64,000 nt of DNA from a bacterium (GTDB lineage: Bacteria > NPL-UPA2 > JAUVJM01), in NCBI GenBank assembly GCA_030606215.1, contig JAUWGW010000007.1:1615-65614 (forward strand), given 5' to 3'. This document shows, in pieces, positions 10,335-19,529 of this stretch (position 1 is its first letter; each line of letters opens with the position of its first letter). The translations under genes and the position numbers were made by a program. The notes beneath the pieces were generated by a model. The model was not told the DNA's origin. It was given only the letters and a program-made list of their open reading frames with translations, and searched no databases.

Positions 10335-11534
10335 GTGATGAGGGAACATACCTTCACGACGGTAGGAGAGGTAAAACGGAAGAAAGGAGAGATTCCAGAA
10401 ATAGGGATTGCAGTAATAGGATTCGGCTTTATGGGGAAGGCTCATCTCAATGCTTATAAGAAAATTCCTTATATCTATTGGCCTCCGGTGGTAAAGATTA
10501 ATTTAAAGAAGTTATGCGGAATTCCTGAGGAACAGGTTAAAGAGAATCAGATCAGGTATGGATTTAAAGAATACACCACTGATTGGAAAGAACTAATTAA
10601 AGATGAAGGTATTCAAGTTTTTGATAACTGTGGACCAACAAATCTACATAAAGAACCCTGCATAGAAGCAGCAAAAGCAGGTAAGAATATCTTTTGTGAA
10701 AAGCCTTTAGGGAGAAATGCAGGAGAAGCTAAGGAAATGCTGGATGCAGTTGAGAAAGTTGGGGTCAAGCATATGTGTGGGTTTAATTACCGTTTTGTTC
10801 CCGCAATCAGATTGGCGAAAGATCTGATTGAGAAAGGTGAATTAGGCCAGATTTATCATTTTAGAGCCCGTTATTTACAGGAATGGATTGCTGACCCTAA
10901 CTTTCCCTTTGTCTGGCGGTTAAGTAAGAAAGTATCCGGTAGTGGTGCTCTTGGTGATCTGGGAGCTCATTCTATAGATTTAGCAAGATTTCTCATAGGA
11001 GAACCAAAATCAGTTATGGGAATAACCAAAACATTTGTTAAGGAAAGACCAAAAGCAGAAGGTTCAAGAGAAAAGATGCCAGTTGATGTTGATGATGCAG
11101 TGGCAGTAGCTATTGAATTTGAAAATGGGGCAATAGGGACTTTAGAAGCTTCGCGTTTCTGTCCGGGTAAAAAGAGTCAGAATATATTTGAGATTAATGG
11201 TTCAAAAGGAAGTCTTTCCTGGGATATGTTACGCTTAAACGAGCTACAGTTCTATTCTACAAAAGATGAGGCTAAAGGTATAGGAGGAAGTAGAACAATT
11301 TCAGTAACAGAATCTTTCCACCCTTTTTATAAAGAATGGTGGCCACATGGTCATATCATTGGCTGGGAGCATACAACTATCCATGAAATAAAACACTTTT
11401 TAGAAGCGGTAGTTAAAGGAGAAGAGATATCTCCTTATGGAGCTACTTTTGAGGATGGTTATAAGTGTGCGGTTATCTGTGATGCTATTTTAGAATCAGC
11501 AGAAACCGGAAAAAGAATAGAAATCGGATATTGA
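10335..11534 (+). CDS. Gfo/Idh/MocA family oxidoreductase (inositol-dehydrogenase-like)
   Basis: GIAVIGFGFMGKAH Rossmann motif. CEKPLG motif. Confidence 0.8.
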   Translation: MMREHTFTTVGEVKRKKGEIPEIGIAVIGFGFMGKAHLNAYKKIPYIYWPPVVKINLKKLCGIPEEQVKENQIRYGFKEYTTDWKELIKDEGIQVFDNCGPTNLHKEPCIEAAKAGKNIFCEKPLGRNAGEAKEMLDAVEKVGVKHMCGFNYRFVPAIRLAKDLIEKGELGQIYHFRARYLQEWIADPNFPFVWRLSKKVSGSGALGDLGAHSIDLARFLIGEPKSVMGITKTFVKERPKAEGSREKMPVDVDDAVAVAIEFENGAIGTLEASRFCPGKKSQNIFEINGSKGSLSWDMLRLNELQFYSTKDEAKGIGGSRTISVTESFHPFYKEWWPHGHIIGWEHTTIHEIKHFLEAVVKGEEISPYGATFEDGYKCAVICDAILESAETGKRIEIGY

Positions 11535-12769
11535 GAATGAAATCTGAATTAAGTTCACGGGAGCGGTTATTAGGTACTATCAACAGAGAAGAAGTGGACC
11601 ATATTCCTCTTTATTGCTGGTGTTTTGGTTTTACGGCACCTAAACATTTACGCTGGAAGAAAGACGGTAAGGAAGTAGAACATTGGTATACAATGAGATT
11701 GGAACATATCCATGCCCTTCCTCAAGCCTGGGATATTTCTGATGATTTTAAAAGGGTGAAGACGTGGCTGAATTTGGGAATTGATGATATACTGGACGTT
11801 TCTTTTCCATGGAGTATTCATCCAGAGGTTAAAATAAGAGATTGGAATGAAGAAAATATTCTTTGCAGAATTTATGAGACACCAGAAGGAGAGATTCTTC
11901 AGAAAGTTAAGAAGACAGAAGAGAAAATTCCTCCCGGTTGGGTAATCCAGCCAGATAAGCCAAAATTATTTGAAGATTTCAATCTTCCGAGAAGTACAAA
12001 GTTTCCAGTTACAATGAGAGAAGACCTCTCAAAGCTAAAGTATCTATTATGCAAACCAGGTAAAAAGCAGATTGAGGATTATAAAGAAAGAATATCCCTG
12101 GTTAAAAAGTTTGCAGAAAAGAACGGAGTTTTTGTCCAGGGATGGAGTGCTTTTGGGATGGATGCTGTTATATGGCTTATGGGAGTAGAAAATGCAATTA
12201 TGGCTGCAATGACAAAACCAGAGTTTTTTCAGGAATTAGTAGATACTATTTATGATTTTGACCTGATGCGAACAGAAATGATGCTTGATTTCGGGGAAGT
12301 TGATATGATTGTACAGAGGGGATGGTATAGCTCTACTGATTTCTGGTCTCCGGAATTATTCAAAAAATATGTTCTTCCTAACTTGAAGAAACTTGTAAAA
12401 CTGGTGCATGAGAAAGGTTTAAAATTTGGTTATGTAATGACTACAGGAGTTATGGATATGCTTGAGGATTTATCTGAATCCGGAATTGATCTCTTATATT
12501 TTGTTGATCCTGAACAGGATAAACTTGATTTGAAGATCTTCAAAGAAAAATTGAATGGTAGGTTTGCAGTAGCTGGTGGCATAAATAGCAGTATTACCTT
12601 AGGTAGAGGGGAAAAAGAAGAAATAGAGAGCAAGGTGAAAGGTGCAATGGAAATTTTTGGTAAAAAAGGGTTCATTCTTTCTCCTGTAGATGCGCTTTTC
12701 CCGGATACTCCCTCGGAAAAAGTAAAGGTTATGATTGATACATGGAGAGAAATAAATGATTTCCAATGA
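11531..12769 (+). CDS. URO-D-like family protein (second copy)
   Basis: N-terminus ..RERLLGTINREEVDHIPLY.. matches the URO-D family entry motif. Weak overall. Confidence 0.4.
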   Translation: MRMKSELSSRERLLGTINREEVDHIPLYCWCFGFTAPKHLRWKKDGKEVEHWYTMRLEHIHALPQAWDISDDFKRVKTWLNLGIDDILDVSFPWSIHPEVKIRDWNEENILCRIYETPEGEILQKVKKTEEKIPPGWVIQPDKPKLFEDFNLPRSTKFPVTMREDLSKLKYLLCKPGKKQIEDYKERISLVKKFAEKNGVFVQGWSAFGMDAVIWLMGVENAIMAAMTKPEFFQELVDTIYDFDLMRTEMMLDFGEVDMIVQRGWYSSTDFWSPELFKKYVLPNLKKLVKLVHEKGLKFGYVMTTGVMDMLEDLSESGIDLLYFVDPEQDKLDLKIFKEKLNGRFAVAGGINSSITLGRGEKEEIESKVKGAMEIFGKKGFILSPVDALFPDTPSEKVKVMIDTWREINDFQ

Positions 12770-14207
12770 AAGACCAAAGGTTGGGCTCCTTTTACTCACT
12801 GCTGAATGGTTCACCCAGATAGGAGCAAGCAAAGGTTATTATAAGGAACTTCCCAAATTGATTGATGAGGATGCTATTAAAATAAATAAAATCCTGAAAG
12901 AAGAGCTAAACATAGTTAATCCAGGAATAGTAAACTCCAGGGAAAAGGTTAAGAAAGCGACAGAACTTTTTAAGAGAGAAAATATTGACCTGTTAATCAT
13001 CTGCTATCTTACCTGGGGAGAGGATAGATTAATAATTGAAGTCATAGAAAAACTCTCAGGAATCCCTATTCTTCTCTGGTGTTATTCTCCTTTTCAAAAA
13101 CTTCCTGAAACAATGAATATGCTTGACCTTTTCAGGAGTAGTGGACCTGTTGGAACAGTCCAGGCAAGTGGACCTTTAAAAAGGATGGGAAAAAGTTTCG
13201 GTTTTGCTTTTGGCTCATACAAAAACAAAGAGACTATTAGAAAAATAGTTGATTATAGCAAAGCAGCAAAATTAGCAAAAGACCTCAAGAAAGTAACTGT
13301 TGGGCTCCTGCCTTATAGATGTGATGCAATGACAGGGACGTATGTTGATGAATTCAGATTGAAGAAAGAGATTGGGCCAGAGATAAGATATATTTCAGTT
13401 AAGGAGTATTATTCAATCAGTCAGGAAATTCCCGCGAAAAAAATAGAAGAATATGTAAAAGAGCTAAAAGAGAATTACAAGATCTCTGGAGTAAATGACA
13501 GAGCTCTATTTAAAGGTGCAAGAGCCTCATTGGGATTGGCTGAAGTTGTAAATAGATTCGGATTGGATGCTTTAGCTATTCAGGATTTAGCAGAGGAACT
13601 TCATAAAACAATTGGTCTCAGGCCTTGTCTCTATGTACCTTCTCTGTTTGAAAAAGCAGTAGTAAGTATGGAAGCAGAAATAGGAGGAGCAGTTGCCCTT
13701 TTAATCTTAAAGAAACTGACTGATAAGCCACCTATGTATACAGAAATCTTTACATTTGACGAAGAAGAGAATACCATTTTAGCAGGTCATGCTGGCATCC
13801 ATGATGTAAATTTAGCGGAGAAAAGAGCTGATATAGCAATTACGCCTGATGCCGAATATATGGAAACAGAGCTTGAGACATGCTGGATGCAGTTCAGAGC
13901 TAAAGGGGGAGAAGTAACTTTACTCAGCCTATTCTGTGATGTAGATAAATTCAAAATGGTAATTTCTTCGGGAAATGCTCTGAGTGGTAAGGAAAAACTC
14001 CACGGCTCGCCTCATATCTATATTAAACTAAAAACCCCCTTAAAAGAATTTTTTGAAAAAATAGTCAAAACTGGAATGACACAGCACTGGGCAATTGTCC
14101 ATGAAAATGTGGTTAATCAATTAGAATACTTAGCTGATATCCTTAACCTGGATAAACTTATTATAGAAGAGTGGAACCTATTGAGATATCCTGGTTCAAA
14201 TAGATAA
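12756..14207 (+). CDS. L-arabinose/L-fucose isomerase family protein
   Basis: N-terminal pattern (VGLLLLTAEWF..IDLLIICYLTWG) resembles the AraA/FucI N-terminal domain. ~480 aa. Confidence 0.5.
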   Translation: MISNERPKVGLLLLTAEWFTQIGASKGYYKELPKLIDEDAIKINKILKEELNIVNPGIVNSREKVKKATELFKRENIDLLIICYLTWGEDRLIIEVIEKLSGIPILLWCYSPFQKLPETMNMLDLFRSSGPVGTVQASGPLKRMGKSFGFAFGSYKNKETIRKIVDYSKAAKLAKDLKKVTVGLLPYRCDAMTGTYVDEFRLKKEIGPEIRYISVKEYYSISQEIPAKKIEEYVKELKENYKISGVNDRALFKGARASLGLAEVVNRFGLDALAIQDLAEELHKTIGLRPCLYVPSLFEKAVVSMEAEIGGAVALLILKKLTDKPPMYTEIFTFDEEENTILAGHAGIHDVNLAEKRADIAITPDAEYMETELETCWMQFRAKGGEVTLLSLFCDVDKFKMVISSGNALSGKEKLHGSPHIYIKLKTPLKEFFEKIVKTGMTQHWAIVHENVVNQLEYLADILNLDKLIIEEWNLLRYPGSNR

Positions 14208-14269
14208 CACACAACTAAAAATTGTAACTGAGATGAAAAGTAAAAAAGGAGTAAAAAAGGAGTTTGTAA

Positions 14270-14297
14270 TTGACATATGTATAATTAGGTGTATAAT
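14270..14297 (+). promoter_or_regulatory. Near-consensus sigma70-type promoter (TTGACA, 16 nt spacer, TATAAT) with tandem TGTATAATT direct repeats (14278-14286 and 14290-14298) upstream of mazE
   Basis: Motifs read directly from the sequence. Positioned 20-45 nt upstream of the antitoxin ATG. Confidence 0.5.
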
Positions 14298-14317
14298 TTA
14301 TACAGGAGGTGTTGTGC

Positions 14318-14539
14318 ATGAAAAGGCTTAATATAACTATACCTAATACTTTAGCTGAAAGAATGAAGGACGTTCCTAATAAGAGCGGTCTTATTACTGA
14401 GGCTTTACAGGAAAAACTCCGGAGGATTGAGAAGGAAAAGTTAGATAGACTTTTAGTAGAAGGATATAGAGCAACGAGAAAGGAAGATAAAGCGATGGAT
14501 GAGGGATGGGAGAAAATAACTCTTGAAGGATGGAAATAG
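14318..14539 (+). CDS. mazE: Antitoxin of a MazEF/PemIK-type type II TA system (RHH/MazE-like)
   Basis: Small acidic protein directly upstream of, and translationally coupled (TAGATGG) to, a PemK/MazF toxin. The 14318 ATG follows GGAGG; the ORF-track GTG start at 14309 is less likely. Confidence 0.55.
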   Translation: MKRLNITIPNTLAERMKDVPNKSGLITEALQEKLRRIEKEKLDRLLVEGYRATRKEDKAMDEGWEKITLEGWK

Positions 14540-14884
14540 ATGGATTTTCCTGAAAGGGGTGAAATCTACCTTGTTTCCATGGAACCTGTGATTGGTTCAG
14601 AGACAGGTAAGACCAGACCCGCCTTGGTAATCTCCAATAATAGAAATAATGAGTTTGCTGATACAGTTACCGTTCTTCCCATTACTTCCAAAACGGCAAA
14701 AGTCTATCCATTTGAGGTGCTTCTGCATAAGGAAGAATCAGGACTGCACAAAGATTCCAAAATCAAATGCAATCAGATTAGGACATTGGATAATAAGAGA
14801 CTTATCAAATGTTTAGGCTATCTGACGAATTCGAAATTAATGGAGGCAGAAAAAGCTCTTTTGATTCATTTAGAGATTGGCTAA
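14540..14884 (+). CDS. mazF: PemK/MazF-family endoribonuclease toxin
   Basis: RGEIYLV..GSE..GKTRPALVIS..VLPITS signature of MazF/PemK. Confidence 0.85.
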   Translation: MDFPERGEIYLVSMEPVIGSETGKTRPALVISNNRNNEFADTVTVLPITSKTAKVYPFEVLLHKEESGLHKDSKIKCNQIRTLDNKRLIKCLGYLTNSKLMEAEKALLIHLEIG

Positions 14885-15509
14885 TTATTTACTTATGATT
14901 CATGGTATCTACGCTATAATTGATTTGAAACTTGTTCGAGGAGACCTTTGTGAGGTAACAGGAGATATTATTGAGGGGGGGGCAGGTATTATTCAACTTC
15001 GGGCGAAGGAAGCTTCTACAAAAGAATTTTTGGAAGCAGGGGCTGAGGTGAAGAAACTCTGTGAAGGGGAAGTGCTCTTTATCATAAATGACAGGGTGGA
15101 CGTTGCACTTGCGCTTGATTCAGATGGGGTGCATCTCGGGCAGGATGATATGCCTGCAAATGTTGCAAGGGATATTCTCGGTAGTGGAAAGATAATCGGG
15201 TGTTCAGTTCATTCTATTGAAGAAGCAAGAATGGCGAATGAGGAAAGTCCAGATTATATCGGAGTAGGTTCTGTATTTTTCACAAGCACGAAAACAGGTG
15301 TTTCTCCCGTTGGAATAGAGCTGATTAGAAAAATAAAAGAGGAGATTGATATACCTGTTGTCGCGATAGGCGGGATAAATGAAGGGAATATTGCTGAGGT
15401 TATTTCTGCGGGAGCTGACGCAGTAGCTGTTTGCTCTGCAATCCTCTCTTCGGATGATGTTAGAGCGGCAACAGAGGGACTTGTATCAATTTTTAAGAAA
15501 GCCTCATAA
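14877..15509 (+). CDS. thiE: Thiamine-phosphate synthase (probable true start at 14895, MIHGIYAIID..)
   Basis: YAIID.., GAGIIQLRAKE.. and C-terminal GADAVAV motifs of ThiE. Confidence 0.85.
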   Translation: MANYLLMIHGIYAIIDLKLVRGDLCEVTGDIIEGGAGIIQLRAKEASTKEFLEAGAEVKKLCEGEVLFIINDRVDVALALDSDGVHLGQDDMPANVARDILGSGKIIGCSVHSIEEARMANEESPDYIGVGSVFFTSTKTGVSPVGIELIRKIKEEIDIPVVAIGGINEGNIAEVISAGADAVAVCSAILSSDDVRAATEGLVSIFKKAS

Positions 15510-15585
15510 ATGAGGCGACTACATCTTAATAACGTTCTGTAGTTGCTCGATTTATCGAGCTAAGGAGTTTATACTTGGAGAAGAA

Positions 15586-16893
15586 ATGACTCAGATTCTT
15601 TCTGCAAGACGCGGCAATATAACCCGGGAAATGAAGCGGGTGGCAAAGAATGAGAAGGCGGCACTTGATAAAATTATCCAGGGGTTAACAGATGGGACTT
15701 TAATCATACTTGCTAATAGAAACCATAAAGGAGTTACTCCCATTGGAATTGGAAAGGGGCTCAGAACCAAGGTAAATACAAATATAGGGACATCGCAGGA
15801 TAAGGTTTCTCTCAGAGAAGAACTTAAAAAGTTAAAGGTTGCAATAAAAGCGGGAACTGATACTGTGATGGACCTGAGCACAGGTGGAAATCTTGATAGA
15901 ATCAGGAGAAAAATTCTTGAGAATTGCTCTCTTCCGCTTGGAACGGTTCCGGTTTACCAAGCTGCAGTGGAGGCTGCGAGGAAGAAGAAAGCATTGGCAA
16001 ATATGGAGAAAGACGATATATTTTCTGTTATAGAGAAGCAGGTATCTGAAGGTGTAGATTTTGTAACTGTTCACTGCGGGTTGACAAGGGATGCTCTTGA
16101 ACGAATAAGGAGGGAAGGCAGGATTACGAATGTTGTAAGTCGTGGCGGGGCATTCCTCATTGAGTGGATGATATACAGGGACAAGGAAAACCCGCTTTAT
16201 GAGGATTATGACCGCCTGCTTGAAATAGCAAAGAAGTACGATGCTGTCTTGAGTCTTGGCGATGGTATGAGACCCGGGTGTATTGCTGATGCTACTGACA
16301 GAGCCCAGGTTCAGGAGTTAATCCTTCTCGGTGAACTTGCCGGGATGGCACTTGAAGCGGGAGTTCAGGTAATGATTGAGGGCCCCGGGCATATACCAGT
16401 TCATGAAATCCAGGCAAATGTCCTCCTTGAAAAATCACTCTGTCACGGCGCACCATTTTATGTGCTGGGTCCTCTTGTAACTGATATCGCACCTGGATAC
16501 GACCATATAACTTCAGCTATAGGTGGAGCAATTGCCGCGTCCAGCGGGGCTGATTTCCTCTGCTATGTAACTCCTTCGGAGCATCTTAGACTGCCAACAA
16601 CAGAAGATGTTAGGGAAGGGGTAATTGCAACGAGAATTGCCGCACATGCGGCTGATATTGCAAAAGGAGTTCCCGGAGCATTTCAAAAGGACCTTGAACT
16701 TTCAAGAATGCGCGAGAAGAGAAACTGGAGCAAACAATTAAAATTTGCTATTGACCCTGTGAGAGCACGGAGGTACAGAAGAGAGGATTTGCCTCACAAC
16801 GGAGATGTCTGCACAATGTGCGGACAGTACTGCGCTATCAAGAAAGTGGAAGCTTTCTTCCGGCAGCATAAACGAAGGAGAGTAAAGTCATAG
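15586..16893 (+). CDS. thiC: Phosphomethylpyrimidine synthase
   Basis: Full-length ThiC-like sequence including the C-terminal CxxCxxxxC cluster (CTMCGQYCA). Confidence 0.9.
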   Translation: MTQILSARRGNITREMKRVAKNEKAALDKIIQGLTDGTLIILANRNHKGVTPIGIGKGLRTKVNTNIGTSQDKVSLREELKKLKVAIKAGTDTVMDLSTGGNLDRIRRKILENCSLPLGTVPVYQAAVEAARKKKALANMEKDDIFSVIEKQVSEGVDFVTVHCGLTRDALERIRREGRITNVVSRGGAFLIEWMIYRDKENPLYEDYDRLLEIAKKYDAVLSLGDGMRPGCIADATDRAQVQELILLGELAGMALEAGVQVMIEGPGHIPVHEIQANVLLEKSLCHGAPFYVLGPLVTDIAPGYDHITSAIGGAIAASSGADFLCYVTPSEHLRLPTTEDVREGVIATRIAAHAADIAKGVPGAFQKDLELSRMREKRNWSKQLKFAIDPVRARRYRREDLPHNGDVCTMCGQYCAIKKVEAFFRQHKRRRVKS

Positions 16894-18391
16894 CAAGTAT
16901 CAGCTTGGCAAAGATATCTCCGTAGCGTGTATAGAATGTTTTTCTTGATGCGGGGGAAAGTTCTCCAATTAGAACACCAACTCTGTTATAGTCCAGATTT
17001 TTTTCTATCGTGCCTATCGGATTGATTACCCGGGACACTCCTGAATTACCTACTCTTACAAAATAGGTATGGTTCTCCACTGCGCGAAAAGTTGCAATGC
17101 TTGCATGCTGGTAGTGGGAGGTTTTACTGTGAGACCAGGCATCGTTTGTTATATTGACGAGGAAATCTGCTCCCTCATTAACAAATCTGCGTGTTAAATC
17201 TCCGAATATTCCTTCAAAACAGATTAAAACGGAAAACTTTGCGCTTTTGCGAAAATTCCCTCTTCCGGGGATTTCAAAAATTGTATACTTTTCTCCAGGT
17301 GTAAAATCTCCTGCCTCTTGAAGCAAATATTCAAGTAGTTTGCTGTGCCTCCAGAATGGGAAATATTCTCCGGCGGGGACAAGATGGATTTTATCGTACC
17401 TGCCCAGTAGTTTACTGGATGGCGAGATAAGAAAAGCGCTGTTGTAGTCTTTCCCATCACTGCTATATGGAGCACCTGTAAGTAGATACGCGTCAGTTTC
17501 CTTCAAAACCTGTTGAATCTTTCTTCTGAGCCGCTTGTCTCCCTCCTTAATCCTCCCCCCAACTGCAGTCTCGGGCCAGATTATCAAATCAGGATTTTCA
17601 AGTCCTGCTTCGAAACTGAGTGTAGTTAACTTTTCCATTATCATTGAAGAATTTTCATACCATTGGCAATCTGTGCTAAAGTTTGGCTGGATAAGAGCTA
17701 CTCTTATGGGTTCCCTATCTGTCTGAAGGGGTCTTTTTATCATCAGACTACCGTAGGAAATGCACAACCCTAATGCAATCCCAACTACTACCATGATTCT
17801 CAAAGCGCTCTTGGGTCTGTGGAAAGATTTGAAGGCGAGAGCAATGCCAGTGTTGACAAATACAATCAGGAAACTCACGCCGAATACTCCTGTGAATTCT
17901 GCCGTCTGGATAACAGGGAGAAACTTATATTGCGAGTAGCCGAGACTATTCCATGGAAATCCGAGAAAACCGAGAGACCGAATATACTCAAGAGAAGTCC
18001 ACAAGAGTGGTGCAATCCACATCAAAGCTAACGGATTTCTTCCCTTAAGAAATTTGTTTAATCCTAAACAGAAAAAAGCAGGGTAGAAAGAAAGGAGGAA
18101 AACAACAAGTGGCAAAGCCAGTGGATGGTATACGTGCGTCCAGTAGAGCGAGCCGATATTCCAGATAATTCCACATAGGTACCCGAGGAGAAAAGAGTTT
18201 CGCGGGGTTTCTCCTGCAACTCCAAGAAGTAGAGGCACAAGACAAAACCACGCGACTACTTCAAGGTTCAAAAGAGGAAAGGGAAGTATGAGAAGGATTC
18301 CTGAAAACAAAAAGGGGACGGTATAGAACCGTCCCTTTTTTTCACTCCGCATCCGCTGAAGTTGTCCCGGTGATGGTGACAGGTGTGCCAA
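16838..18391 (-). CDS. lnt: Apolipoprotein N-acyltransferase
   Basis: N-terminal polytopic membrane domain plus C-terminal CN-hydrolase domain. 517 aa. Confidence 0.8.
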   Translation of the reverse strand: MAHLSPSPGQLQRMRSEKKGRFYTVPFLFSGILLILPFPLLNLEVVAWFCLVPLLLGVAGETPRNSFLLGYLCGIIWNIGSLYWTHVYHPLALPLVVFLLSFYPAFFCLGLNKFLKGRNPLALMWIAPLLWTSLEYIRSLGFLGFPWNSLGYSQYKFLPVIQTAEFTGVFGVSFLIVFVNTGIALAFKSFHRPKSALRIMVVVGIALGLCISYGSLMIKRPLQTDREPIRVALIQPNFSTDCQWYENSSMIMEKLTTLSFEAGLENPDLIIWPETAVGGRIKEGDKRLRRKIQQVLKETDAYLLTGAPYSSDGKDYNSAFLISPSSKLLGRYDKIHLVPAGEYFPFWRHSKLLEYLLQEAGDFTPGEKYTIFEIPGRGNFRKSAKFSVLICFEGIFGDLTRRFVNEGADFLVNITNDAWSHSKTSHYQHASIATFRAVENHTYFVRVGNSGVSRVINPIGTIEKNLDYNRVGVLIGELSPASRKTFYTRYGDIFAKLILAMTLLSFVYAAGRKLPLS

Positions 18392-19529
18392 CAGGTACGA
18401 GCTTATATAACTCTTCTACATCTCTGTTGTACAATCGGATACAACCGCGCGAGGAATGTTCCCCAACAGTCTCCGGTTGTGTTGTTCCATGAATCCCGTA
18501 GCCAAGTTTATCCAGTCCCATCCAGCATACTCCAAGTATGTTCTTTGGGTGTCCATAAGGATAAATACCATCTTCAGCGTACCATACAGGTTTCAACTGT
18601 TTGTTGACAATCTTGAATGTGCCGGTTGGTGTGCTTCCGAATTTACCTGTTCCGATGGGATATTCTTTGAAGAATCTCCCATTCAACTTAAGAGTCAGTT
18701 TATTTGAATCCGCATCCACATAAATTTCAAAATTCCCGGGAGTAATTTTCAATCTTTTCCCAAATGAGAGTATTACCCCTTTAAGCCTGTTCGCTTGTTT
18801 TATGAGAGCAACGGTGGTGTTAAACTCTTTAGCAATTTTCTCAAGTGTATCACCTTTTTTCACTTCATATATTATGCTGTCTCCTGTGGTTATAGGTGAG
18901 AAAATCAGTTTTATGTCCATAGCTCCAAGTTTTTCTTTTGCTTTTTCAACAATCGGATTTTCTGGATAGGACAGAAGCACTTCTTCATACCTTTTCCTTG
19001 CATCCTCCCATTTTTTGAGTTGCTGGAGGCAGTTCCCGGAACTTACCAGGACTTCAGGAATTACATCAGAATCTCCAAATTCAGATAGTATCCTGTTGTA
19101 GGAACTAATAGCTTTATCATACTCTCCCGCAATTTCTTCTAAGTGTGTGAGCTCATATAAACTTGCAGGATAATATTCACTGTCAGGTTTACCACTGATG
19201 ACTTTCTTCCACAAAACCTTTGCTTTTGAAGGAGCCCCGAGATTATTCAAACAGACTCCACGCAGATAGGCAATCGTCCTCTTGTGAAAACGTGGGTATT
19301 CTTTTGAGGTTTTTTCAAAAATATCGAGTGCGTCTTCAAATTTCTTTTCAGAATAGAGGGATTTCCCTTTTTCAAATCTCTCTTCAACTTTCCTCCCAAT
19401 GGCAATCCTGAGAAAGCTCCCTGCCACAATACCAGCAACAATTAAAAGAACCAGTATTCGTTCCGCCCTTCTGCCTGTGGTGCGTTTTTTCACTTGTTGT
19501 TTAGTAGATTTACCCTTTCTCTTTGCCAA
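18342..19529 (-). CDS. L,D-transpeptidase (YkuD domain) with N-terminal TM anchor, TPR repeats and a LysM domain
   Basis: YkuD catalytic motif HGT..SRGCIRL. LysM (YEVKKGDTLEKIAKEF). TPR-like repeats. Confidence 0.75.
   Translation of the reverse strand: MAKRKGKSTKQQVKKRTTGRRAERILVLLIVAGIVAGSFLRIAIGRKVEERFEKGKSLYSEKKFEDALDIFEKTSKEYPRFHKRTIAYLRGVCLNNLGAPSKAKVLWKKVISGKPDSEYYPASLYELTHLEEIAGEYDKAISSYNRILSEFGDSDVIPEVLVSSGNCLQQLKKWEDARKRYEEVLLSYPENPIVEKAKEKLGAMDIKLIFSPITTGDSIIYEVKKGDTLEKIAKEFNTTVALIKQANRLKGVILSFGKRLKITPGNFEIYVDADSNKLTLKLNGRFFKEYPIGTGKFGSTPTGTFKIVNKQLKPVWYAEDGIYPYGHPKNILGVCWMGLDKLGYGIHGTTQPETVGEHSSRGCIRLYNRDVEELYKLVPVGTPVTITGTTSADAE

Noticed and set aside
12430-12832. Two minus-strand ORFs (115 and 77 aa) across the URO-D-like / isomerase junction
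   Set aside because: Antisense to two well-supported overlapping genes; low-complexity Ser/Phe-rich translations.
15510-15585. Possible TPP riboswitch or terminator hairpin (gctcgatttatcgagc) between thiE and thiC
   Set aside because: Only 76 nt of spacer, too short for a THI element. No CUGAGA or ACCUGA-like conserved motifs and no U-tract after the hairpin.
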